DNA from: a bacterium
GTDB lineage: Bacteria; SM23-31
DNA length: 64,000 bases
Reading direction: 5' to 3'
Assembly: GCA_965249485.1 (NCBI GenBank)
Contig: OZ252239.1
Location: 672,001 to 736,000 of the forward strand
Shown here: positions 12,247 through 21,053 of the stretch, in pieces
How the letters are laid out: every line of letters starts with the position of its first letter
How positions within the stretch are numbered: position 1 is the first letter of the stretch
Notes under the pieces: model-generated
Seen by the model: only the letters and a program-made list of their open reading frames with translations
The model's database searches: none
What the model was told of the DNA's origin: nothing
Position numbers and translations under genes: made by a program

Positions 12247-13275
12247 TCATTTTTGCTCTTTTTTTTCAAAATCGACAAGATGAAGTGCTTCTTTAACTTT
12301 ATCGGTTACACTTTTGTAGACTGCGCTGTTTTCCTGAAGAAAGTGGCGCACATTTTCCCGTCCTTGACCGAGGCGCTCTTCGCCATAAGAGAACCAGGTT
12401 CCGGTCCGTTCGATTATATTGTGCTCGAGCGCAAGGTCGATAATTTCACCTTCCTGTGAAATTCCCTTACCGTAGAGGAGATCAAATTCGGTATCTCTGA
12501 AAGGAGGTGCAACTTTATTCTTTACAACTTTCACTCTTGTCCTATTACCTACAATAGTACTTCCTTCTTTTAAAGAAGCAATCCGCCTGATATCGAGCCT
12601 GATGCTTGAATAAAACTTGAGTGCACGTCCTCCGGGAGTAGTTTCAGGATTTCCAAACATGACACCTATCTTTTCTCGAATTTGATTGATAAAGATACAG
12701 GTACATTGTGATTTGTTCACTACGCTTGTAAGTTTTCTAAGTGCTTGTGACATGAGCCGTGCCTGTAGGCCCATATGTGAATCACCCATTTCTCCCTCAA
12801 TTTCTGCACGAGGTACCAATGCGGCGACTGAATCGATGACGACCATATCTATTGCTCCGCTCCGGATCAACGTTTCAGTAATCTCAAGCGCCTGCTCTCC
12901 GTTATCAGGCTGCGATACGAGGAGGTTGTCTATATCGACGCCGAGATTTTTTGCGTAGTGTGCATCAAGTGCATGTTCGGCATCCACAAATACAACATTT
13001 CCTCCCAATTTCTGTGTTTCTGCAATAAAGTGGAGGCTCAATGTTGTTTTCCCGGACGATTCGGGTCCGAATACTTCAACAATCCTGCCACGCGGAATCC
13101 CGCCGACTCCCAGTGCTGCATCAAGGCCAATCGAACCTGTCGGAATTACTGGCAAATCGGACTGAATATTGGATTCTCCGAGTTTCATTACGGCCCCTTT
13201 GCCGAACTGCTTGTCGAGCTGTGATATAGCAACTTCAATTGCTTTGTCTTTTTTTATTGAATGATCTACAGCCAT
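12247..13275 (-). CDS. recA: Recombinase RecA
   Basis: [33 protein letters not shown]. Confidence 0.99.
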   Translation of the reverse strand: MAVDHSIKKDKAIEVAISQLDKQFGKGAVMKLGESNIQSDLPVIPTGSIGLDAALGVGGIPRGRIVEVFGPESSGKTTLSLHFIAETQKLGGNVVFVDAEHALDAHYAKNLGVDIDNLLVSQPDNGEQALEITETLIRSGAIDMVVIDSVAALVPRAEIEGEMGDSHMGLQARLMSQALRKLTSVVNKSQCTCIFINQIREKIGVMFGNPETTPGGRALKFYSSIRLDIRRIASLKEGSTIVGNRTRVKVVKNKVAPPFRDTEFDLLYGKGISQEGEIIDLALEHNIIERTGTWFSYGEERLGQGRENVRHFLQENSAVYKSVTDKVKEALHLVDFEKKEQK

Positions 13276-13435
13276 CTTATTTACTCCTCTCGGTATATAC
13301 AGCTTCTAATATATGCCGTATTCAGTAGAGTGTACGGTATCGGCAAAAGGTAATAATTGGGAAAACTCTAAATCACGTTTCAAAACGTGATATACATTAC
13401 CCTGAGAATTACATTTCGCAATATTCCGAAGAGAA

Positions 13436-13993
13436 TCAATCAAAATTATGTTCCGCGAGAACCGAATATTCCGGTCCTTCTTTGCGAAGAACGCTTTTCA
13501 TAAGAACCATTCTCGAAATCTGCAGGTCACCGGTCGCAATTAATTCCGATGATATAAATTTTTGCAGTATATCTGGTGGCGGATCAGTCTTAAAACGGCC
13601 TAAAGTCACATGTGCACGAAACGGCCGTTCTTCGCGTGGAACCGAAAGAGAGATACACCGATTATTGACCAGATCAGCGATCTGTATGAGTTCCGGAACT
13701 CCCTTTATGATTCCTGACCAGTAAACACGGGGCCGTCTCATGTTCGGAAAAATACCTGTTCCTCCGAGCGCTATGGTAAATTTACTAAAAAGTGGCGGCG
13801 CTCTGAAAATATCATTAGTTATTTTTTCAACAAGCTCTTCGGAAGTATCTCCGATAAATTTAAGAGTAATATGTATATTCTCCGGTTTTACCCAGTGCGG
13901 TTTGAAATTTTGCCCTGAGGCTTCTCGTTGAAACCGGTCGATCATCTCTCTAACAGATTCGGGTAATTCAATTGCTATAAAAGTCCGTATCAT
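13436..13993 (-). CDS. thpR: RNA 2',3'-cyclic phosphodiesterase
   Basis: RTFIAI plus two HxT motifs (HITLKF, HVTLGR); between cinA and recA. Confidence 0.93.
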   Translation of the reverse strand: MIRTFIAIELPESVREMIDRFQREASGQNFKPHWVKPENIHITLKFIGDTSEELVEKITNDIFRAPPLFSKFTIALGGTGIFPNMRRPRVYWSGIIKGVPELIQIADLVNNRCISLSVPREERPFRAHVTLGRFKTDPPPDILQKFISSELIATGDLQISRMVLMKSVLRKEGPEYSVLAEHNFD

Positions 13994-15245
13994 TTAGCCG
14001 CAGCCTGATAATGTTCAGCATTGTTTGGACCGATTGCCCTTTGATTCTTGTCCGTTCTCCCCTGAATTGGAGTTTTGTGACGTAGGATCCAATTCTGTCT
14101 GAAAGACCAATGTAAACCAGTCCAACCGATTTTTCCGGTGTTGCTCCACCCGGACCTGCAATACCGGTTATCGAAGTGCCTATATCACAGCCACTTTGCT
14201 TCCGAATATTTTCGGCCATCTGTTGGGCTATTTCTTCACTGACAGCCCCATATATTTCAAGATTCTTTCGATCTATACCAAGCAATTTGATTTTTGCTTC
14301 ATTGCTATATGTTACAACAGCACTGTCAAAGTAGTTGGAGCTTCCAGCTACGTCAGTAATTTTATCACTGGCTCGTCCGCCAGTGCACGATTCCGCAACG
14401 GCGATTGTCATATTATGTTTTTTTAAAAGCGAGCCGACAACTGATTCCATAGACTCGTCATCATAACCGTAAATATTATCGGGTATAAGCGCAACAATTC
14501 TCTTTTCTATTTCCTGAATACTACGATTCAATTCTTTTTTTTCACGTCCCTGCGATGTAAGCCGGATATCGACACCGAGCGGATCCGGCAAAAATGCTAC
14601 TTCAAGTTCAACGGTTTCGGCCAGAACAGATTTCAAAATTTCGGCCAGTTTCGACTCGCCGATTCCAGTTGTCCGAATTGTTCTGGACACAACTGAAACG
14701 GAGTGTGATTGGTGTTTCTTGAGATACGGAACGACTTGATTGGTCATCAGTCCTTCCATCTCCGCCGGAACACCCGGAAGCATTATAAACAGAACACTAT
14801 TATCGTTAATAATCAGTCCTGGAGCAGTACCACGCTGATTCGGCAATGTAACAGCGCCCTCCGGGATTTCAGCCTGTGTAATATTGCTCTCAGGCATTTT
14901 TTTGTAGCCGAATGACTTAAACCGTTTCCGGACAATATCAAGCTGCTCTTCGCATACTTGAATTTCTCTACCGAAATAGTCAGCTACGGCTTTTTTGCTG
15001 ATATCATCATGAGTGGGGCCGAGTCCTCCGGTGCAAATGACAAGCGGTGCAGCAGCACAGGCTGCCTCTGCACCCCACTGAATCTCCTCTTGAGTATCAC
15101 CAACAGTAAGTGTGCGGACCGTTTTCAAACCTACTGTAGCAAGTTTCTTTGCAATATATGCGGCATTTGTATTAACAGTCTTCCCGGATAAAAGCTCGTT
15201 TCCAATAGATAAAATCGTCGCTTTGTCAGATATTATGGTATTCAC
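13968..15245 (-). CDS. cinA: Competence/damage-inducible protein A (ADP-ribose pyrophosphatase plus NMN deamidase)
   Basis: IGNELLSG, TGGLGPTHDD, LPGVPAEM, AESCTGG, TGIAGPGG. Confidence 0.95.
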   Translation of the reverse strand: MNTIISDKATILSIGNELLSGKTVNTNAAYIAKKLATVGLKTVRTLTVGDTQEEIQWGAEAACAAAPLVICTGGLGPTHDDISKKAVADYFGREIQVCEEQLDIVRKRFKSFGYKKMPESNITQAEIPEGAVTLPNQRGTAPGLIINDNSVLFIMLPGVPAEMEGLMTNQVVPYLKKHQSHSVSVVSRTIRTTGIGESKLAEILKSVLAETVELEVAFLPDPLGVDIRLTSQGREKKELNRSIQEIEKRIVALIPDNIYGYDDESMESVVGSLLKKHNMTIAVAESCTGGRASDKITDVAGSSNYFDSAVVTYSNEAKIKLLGIDRKNLEIYGAVSEEIAQQMAENIRKQSGCDIGTSITGIAGPGGATPEKSVGLVYIGLSDRIGSYVTKLQFRGERTRIKGQSVQTMLNIIRLRLNDTDFYSN

Positions 15246-15439
15246 GTTTTTGTGGACCTGTCACAGGTTGTCACCGCTTCGTACAGATAGTAATTGTATT
15301 ACGGGCAGAGATTCTCTATGAAATTCGAGTGTTGATACTGCCAAGTTGGGGTAATTATGCAGTTCTGTATCAATATTAGGGGATTAATATCGAACAATAT
15401 CGGGTAATAATCAAGAATTATTTAGTCTAGGTAATCGCT

Positions 15440-15904
15440 TTACAGCAACCAGATGATGAGCCAACAGCAAATATTGGTATAAATACCGGCAACAACGTCG
15501 TCAGACATTATTCCCCATCCCCCGGGAAGGTATTCAAATATTTTTATAGGAGGCGGTTTGAAAATGTCAATAATCCGAAACAGAAAAAAAGCGGCGATCC
15601 ATAGACCAATATCTTTCGGTAGTCCGATGAGTGCAATGATAATTCCCACAGCTTCATCGATATTTATTTTTGATGGGTCTTTTCCCCATTCGTCCACAAG
15701 CGCATGCGCAGCATGTGCACCGGTAAAAAAAACTACTACTGCCAAAAGAGTCATAAGAAGTGCAGACAGAGGAGACAAAAACCATAAAAATATGATCCAA
15801 AGGAGACTTCCGACTGTACCCGGTCCATACGGGAAATATCCCGTGAATAAACTAGTTGCTATCAGCTTGTAGAGCGGAGTCAAATTGATCTTTGTAGTGG
15901 GCAC
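15440..15904 (-). CDS. pgpA: Phosphatidylglycerophosphatase A
   Basis: PGTVGS, DPSKINIDEAVG, FR..DI.KP.PI, GIMSDDVVAG. Confidence 0.92.
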   Translation of the reverse strand: MPTTKINLTPLYKLIATSLFTGYFPYGPGTVGSLLWIIFLWFLSPLSALLMTLLAVVVFFTGAHAAHALVDEWGKDPSKINIDEAVGIIIALIGLPKDIGLWIAAFFLFRIIDIFKPPPIKIFEYLPGGWGIMSDDVVAGIYTNICCWLIIWLL

Positions 15905-15967
15905 GAATTGAAATACCGGTATATATTGGAATGTTACGGTAATAGGAATTTATACGAATGCAGGTTG

Positions 15968-16558
15968 TTAAAACGGTACTACCATTTTGTAAAATCTCCG
16001 AATCAGGTCGGTCAACGGGCTGCGATGTTCATATAAGTACACCAGTCCGGTTGCAATGGTAAACAGTGCTACAAACTCCAAATAATTGTCAATGAATACC
16101 TTCATCGACGCTAAATCTGCACCGTAGCGAATTTCAAGAATCAGATAAATAAACATCAAATATACTAAAATCACTTGACTAAATGTTTTCCATTTTGCTA
16201 CGAGGTTTGCAGAGATGGGTTTTCCGAACGCTATCATATAGCCACGAAGTACGGTGATTATTAGATCTCTGCAGACTATGGCAATGACCCATCCGAATTT
16301 GAGGTATTTAAGCATCACAAAACCGATAAGCATAGTTGAAATCAGAATCTTATCGGCAAATGGATCGAGAAATTTCCCCCATTTTGATACGTATCCGTAC
16401 TTCCGGGCAAAATGTCCGTCATACCAGTCGGTGAGTGAAGCAATTATAAAGACTCCGGCTGCAATATATTTAGCCTGTGGATCCTGTTTCAGGAGAAAAT
16501 ACAGTGCTACAGGTGTCAGAATAATCCGCAATACTGTTAGTTGATTGGGAAGCGTCAT
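15968..16558 (-). CDS. pgsA: CDP-diacylglycerol--glycerol-3-phosphate 3-phosphatidyltransferase
   Basis: PNQLTVLR and D..DG..AR......GK.LDP.ADK CDP-alcohol phosphotransferase motif. Confidence 0.95.
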   Translation of the reverse strand: MTLPNQLTVLRIILTPVALYFLLKQDPQAKYIAAGVFIIASLTDWYDGHFARKYGYVSKWGKFLDPFADKILISTMLIGFVMLKYLKFGWVIAIVCRDLIITVLRGYMIAFGKPISANLVAKWKTFSQVILVYLMFIYLILEIRYGADLASMKVFIDNYLEFVALFTIATGLVYLYEHRSPLTDLIRRFYKMVVPF

Positions 16559-16589
16559 GATATTTTAACATAGGTGTATATTGCATACT

Positions 16590-16614
16590 AAAAAAAATAG
16601 CGGGAATTCCCGCT
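16590..16614 (-). terminator. Terminator-like hairpin in the pgsA leader
   Basis: AGCGGG-AATT-CCCGCT followed by ATTTTTTTT on the minus strand, about 30 nt before the pgsA ATG. Confidence 0.5.
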
Positions 16615-16749
16615 CTGACACATCGCATGTTGCACTCGCAAAAATACGACTTTTTTCTTGAATGTCAAGAAAAAGTTTAGTTCATTAAGGCTGCCTAACT
16701 GCAAATTTAAACAGTTGTAAAAGTAAATAAAACAATGGTTTAGTTTTAT

Positions 16750-17703
16750 ATGAGATCTCGCGAAACAACCAGAAACAGACCATCTGAAACATTGTTATCC
16801 GGGACAGTGCTTGAAGGGTACGGCAGTTTTTATACCGTACTGTACCAACAATCGCTCTATTCGTGCACACTTCGGGGTAAATTCCGACAGATTGTAAGGG
16901 ATGAACATTCTCCTGTTTCAGTTGGTGATAAAGTGAAATTTCAGAAGATTGACGCAACTTCGGGCGTGATCGAGAAGCTTCTCCATCGGAAAAATAAAAT
17001 TTCAAGGCCCACAAAGTGGGGTCCGGTTAAGGAGAGGATTTTTGCTACGAATGTCGATCAGATTATCGCTATCGTTTCTGCAAAAAGTCCTCGATTCACA
17101 ACTGGTCTGATTGACAGAATGTTGCTGGTTGCAGTACGAGAGCGACTCAAAGGTGTCGTATGCATCAATAAAATTGATCTTATTGATATACGGGATATAG
17201 AAGATACCATTGCCATATACCGCAAGTTAAAGTACCGTATATATCCATTGAGCGCAAAGACAGGTGAAGGAATCCAGGAGTTACAATCTTTTCTGAATAA
17301 GAAGTTTTCTGTCTTCATTGGCCAGTCAGGTGTTGGAAAATCATCGATTCTCAACCGCCTTATGCCGAATTTGAATCTGAAGGTGCGGGAGGTGAGCAGC
17401 TATAGCAATAAAGGGAAACATACAACATCTTCTGTTACGGCAGTACCGCTCGATTCGGGAGGAATGATTGCCGACACACCGGGATTCAGAGATTTCGGAT
17501 TATGGGGTATTGAGCAAAACGAGGTGTGTACACTATACCGGGAGTTCCGAAGACATGACCACCGGTGTAAGTATCAACCCTGCTTTCATATTCATGAGCC
17601 TGACTGTGCGGTGAAGCGGGCTTATGAAAAGGGGAGTATTGCTTCATGGCGGTACGAAAATTATATGAGAATATTCAACTCGTATTCCGAACCTGCGTAT
17701 TAA
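16750..17703 (+). CDS. rsgA: Ribosome small subunit-dependent GTPase A
   Basis: Circularly permuted GTPase (NKID, GQSGVGKSS, GKHTT, DTPG) and C-terminal C-x4-C-x-H-x4-C zinc finger. Confidence 0.97.
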   Translation: MRSRETTRNRPSETLLSGTVLEGYGSFYTVLYQQSLYSCTLRGKFRQIVRDEHSPVSVGDKVKFQKIDATSGVIEKLLHRKNKISRPTKWGPVKERIFATNVDQIIAIVSAKSPRFTTGLIDRMLLVAVRERLKGVVCINKIDLIDIRDIEDTIAIYRKLKYRIYPLSAKTGEGIQELQSFLNKKFSVFIGQSGVGKSSILNRLMPNLNLKVREVSSYSNKGKHTTSSVTAVPLDSGGMIADTPGFRDFGLWGIEQNEVCTLYREFRRHDHRCKYQPCFHIHEPDCAVKRAYEKGSIASWRYENYMRIFNSYSEPAY

Positions 17704-17756
17704 TATTCTCTCCAAAAAATTTTCAGCGCACATTTTTTCTAAAAGTTCGTCATCAA

Positions 17757-20700
17757 TTACACTATCGGCTGTTTTTTAGGACAGATCCATTGATAGTCGC
17801 AGTACTTGCAGTGATTTCCTTCGATTGGCTCAAATTTCTCATTCCTGATCAGAGAAGCAGTTTCACGTATGGTATCAAAAGCGCTTGACAGTTGCTGATC
17901 GGATCTTTGTGTTGTAATTGCTTCATTCGTTTCAAGATAATAGAATGTCAAATTTTCCGGAATGGAGCCATACTTCTGCTTCACAGCTTCTGCATAAATT
18001 GAAACCTGCAAATTGGTATCGGCATCTTTCTGTGATTTCGGTTTTCCAGTCTTATAGTCGATTATTTCAAATGTACCTGACTCGCGAATGTCAATCCGGT
18101 CAATCTTTCCGGCAACAATGGTTTCATCCAGTATAATTTGAAAATACTCCTCAACACTTTTCGGAGGGCGTAAACGGTTTTTATTCAGTTTGAAAAAATT
18201 CTCAAGCTGCTTTTCCCCCTTATTTCTGAATCGTGCCTCTTCGGCAGGATCCTTATAACCATCCGGCCTCCAACACGTTTCATACAAATTGAACAGGGTT
18301 TTTTCATCCGGTTTTTCACCATCGATTATGATCTGATAAAACCGTTGTAGTGTGTCATGGATTGTCTGTCCAAAGGTCGGCCATGCAGATTTTGGCGCCC
18401 TGATTTTAATCATATATCTGAATTTATATTTAAGCGGGCATTGCGTATACGTATCAATTTTCGAGTAGTCTAATTGTAATAGTTTGCGTTGTGCATTATC
18501 ACCATTCTGTTGCCTGGGAGTCGGAAGATTTGCAGGATGATACTCAGTTTCAGATAGTTCCAGCAGAGCAGACCTGATTATAGTTGGATCAGGTACCGCA
18601 TTGTGCGACTGGACATGTAAATCGATTGACCTCTTTATTGTTTCTTTAATATTATCCTTAGTAACAGCCATAAAATCTCCTAAATGGTTATTGTGAACTG
18701 AGCCGGGTATTCTATTGGAATTTATTTTTGATTGAGCTTCAGCATTTCCTGCTATTTTTGAAATGTCCACTATGACAGATTCCAACCGTGGATCCTTGAG
18801 CAGTTCGTTGACAAAAGGGGAACGGGGTGATCCATGTCTGCTGATTGCAGAAAGATAAAGCTTCAGCCGGGTACGTGTCATGGCAACATAAAAAAGCCTC
18901 CGCTCTTCTTGTAGATGGAAATCACCTTCAGGAATCTTCTCTTTCATAAGCGTCAAAGGAAAAGGCACCATGTCCCTTCGCCTAGTAGTCGGAAACCTCC
19001 TACTTTGCAGCGATATCAAAAAGACTGTGTCAAATTCAAGCCCTTTTGCTGCATGAACGGTTAAAAACTTTACAACACCTTCTTCAAAGACAGACGTCTC
19101 CGGTCGTTCGGTTTCTCCCCCAGCAAGTATGAAGTAATCGAGAAACTCGATGAATCCTTCAAGGCTCTTATCCTCGTTGTTTTCTTCCTGTTCTAACACA
19201 AAATTGTACAGGCTGATTATTTCCTCTAAAATGAAGGTATTATCTCTTGCTGACCTGTCAGTCATCAAAGCTGTGTTGTATGCATGAGAGATTATTTTTT
19301 GAAGCATTTTTGCAGCTGTGATGCTGCCCGAATTGTTTACAAGCGGTTTTAGAAATGTCTGAAATTTTCGTACAGTTACACTACCTGATTCAGAAAGGAT
19401 AGATTCTGGTCGCTCAAGGTGAATTATGCCCTGAGGGAGGTAGTCAAGTTCTTGAAGTTCAGATAAAAGACTTATAATATCGGTAGTTGAGAGCTGCCAG
19501 AACGGGTGTTGAAATATAGAGTAGAGATATTTGTAATCGGCAGTGTTATTCAACAGATGGAGCATAGATACTAAAAACTTGTTCTCGCTCAGATATAATA
19601 ACGGATCGCCCGTTGCAATAGTACACGGTATTTCACGGTGTCGGCACGCTTTATAGAGAAGCTTTCCGTGTGCATGTGCTCTGTAGAGGACAGCAGTCGT
19701 CTTTGATTGAGTTCTATTTCCGTTCTTATGGCATTCATTGAGCAGGTCTGCAATCTTTTCAGCTTCTTCCAGGGGGCTGACGCTTTCAATATACTGCACT
19801 GGTATTCCATTTTCGCCAGTTGCGGTGATTTTTTTATCTGGATACAATCTGGACTTGCTGTTATGCTGAATCGATAATCCCGCACAGGTCAGGATGTTGC
19901 GTGTTGAACGGTAGTTTCTATCGAGCATTATCTCCTTGCATCCGGGGAAGAGTGTTCGGAACCTCTTAAAGCTCGCATAAGATGCACCGCGAAACCGGTA
20001 AATTGCCTGATCGTCATCTCCGACTACGCACAGGTTTTTGTGGTTCCGTGCGAGGAGTGCAATAGTCTCTATTTGGGCGCTATTTGTGTCCTGATATTCA
20101 TCAACAACAATGTGAGTATAGCGGTTTTGGAGCTGTTTCAAAACATCAGTGTTGGATTTGAGCAAGTTATAAACCTTAATAATCTGGTCACCATAATCAA
20201 GATATCCTTTTTCTGCAAGAAGTTTCTCGTATTCGGTATATATACATGCACATTCCTCAAGCTGTTTGGAGTACAGAATGAGATCACTATTTTCCGATTC
20301 TGTGTTTTCGGTGGAGCTGTTAATTTCGGATGAGATTTTCTGAGCAAATTTGTACAATTCATGGGGCAATACCAGCTCATCTTTTGCCCGGGAGATAAAA
20401 GCCCTTATTCCCATTATGGTCGATAATGGGTCATACGAATCAAGAAAGTGTTTCGGTTTTAGACGTGAAAAAAGTTTCCTTAATTCAATTATTTGTCTGA
20501 TATCGTCAAGCAGTTTATAGTGTGTCGGAATTCCGGCAAGGTATCCATATTGACGCACAATCGAATCGCAGAATGAGTTGAATGTTGTAATGTGAACGGG
20601 AGAGTCCGGATGTTTGAGGTGTTCGTTCAATCTGTTCTTCATCTCTTCAGCAGCTTTGTTGCTGAATGTTAATCCTGCAATGTTTTCTGAGGCAACTTTT

Positions 20701-20828
20701 TTTGTATTGATGAGATAGGCAATTTTGTGAATTATGACACGGGTTTTACCGGTGCCCGCTCCTGCTGTTATCATGAGTGGGCCTTCGCTATACTCTACAG
20801 CTTCTTTCTGCCTGTTATTCAGTTCCAT
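17757..20828 (-). CDS. UvrD/REP SF1A helicase fused to a PD-(D/E)xK nuclease with four Cys (AdnAB/AddAB-like)
   Basis: AGAGTGKT, VDEYQD, GDDDQAIYRFRG, TVHAAKGLEF, EERRLFYVAMTR; C-terminal QCP...GKIDRID...IIDYKTG...CKYCDYQWIC. Confidence 0.9.
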   Translation of the reverse strand: MELNNRQKEAVEYSEGPLMITAGAGTGKTRVIIHKIAYLINTKKVASENIAGLTFSNKAAEEMKNRLNEHLKHPDSPVHITTFNSFCDSIVRQYGYLAGIPTHYKLLDDIRQIIELRKLFSRLKPKHFLDSYDPLSTIMGIRAFISRAKDELVLPHELYKFAQKISSEINSSTENTESENSDLILYSKQLEECACIYTEYEKLLAEKGYLDYGDQIIKVYNLLKSNTDVLKQLQNRYTHIVVDEYQDTNSAQIETIALLARNHKNLCVVGDDDQAIYRFRGASYASFKRFRTLFPGCKEIMLDRNYRSTRNILTCAGLSIQHNSKSRLYPDKKITATGENGIPVQYIESVSPLEEAEKIADLLNECHKNGNRTQSKTTAVLYRAHAHGKLLYKACRHREIPCTIATGDPLLYLSENKFLVSMLHLLNNTADYKYLYSIFQHPFWQLSTTDIISLLSELQELDYLPQGIIHLERPESILSESGSVTVRKFQTFLKPLVNNSGSITAAKMLQKIISHAYNTALMTDRSARDNTFILEEIISLYNFVLEQEENNEDKSLEGFIEFLDYFILAGGETERPETSVFEEGVVKFLTVHAAKGLEFDTVFLISLQSRRFPTTRRRDMVPFPLTLMKEKIPEGDFHLQEERRLFYVAMTRTRLKLYLSAISRHGSPRSPFVNELLKDPRLESVIVDISKIAGNAEAQSKINSNRIPGSVHNNHLGDFMAVTKDNIKETIKRSIDLHVQSHNAVPDPTIIRSALLELSETEYHPANLPTPRQQNGDNAQRKLLQLDYSKIDTYTQCPLKYKFRYMIKIRAPKSAWPTFGQTIHDTLQRFYQIIIDGEKPDEKTLFNLYETCWRPDGYKDPAEEARFRNKGEKQLENFFKLNKNRLRPPKSVEEYFQIILDETIVAGKIDRIDIRESGTFEIIDYKTGKPKSQKDADTNLQVSIYAEAVKQKYGSIPENLTFYYLETNEAITTQRSDQQLSSAFDTIRETASLIRNEKFEPIEGNHCKYCDYQWICPKKQPIV

Positions 20829-21053
20829 ATTGTTCTATTCTTAGATAGTCATAACCTTGCAATAAAGCCGTTAAAAATTGATACATTTTGTCTAGCATAC
20901 CTCTCAAAATATCATGTACGTAACAATTTCGGTTAGCAAACGATACTATTTTTTTTTGAAAATATAAAGATAAAATGCAGAGGAGTAATTGTTTTAAATC
21001 CGAAAGAATTTGTATTGATTATAGCTTGTAAAATAAGGAGAGTGAAATCTTTA

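Noticed and set aside
13276..13435. LexA box upstream of recA
   Set aside because: No full match to CTGT-N8-ACAG, GAAC-N4-GTTC or another clear palindrome.
17757..18500. Cas4-like nuclease suggesting CRISPR-Cas
   Set aside because: It is fused to a UvrD helicase; no cas1/cas2 or repeat-spacer array is in the window.
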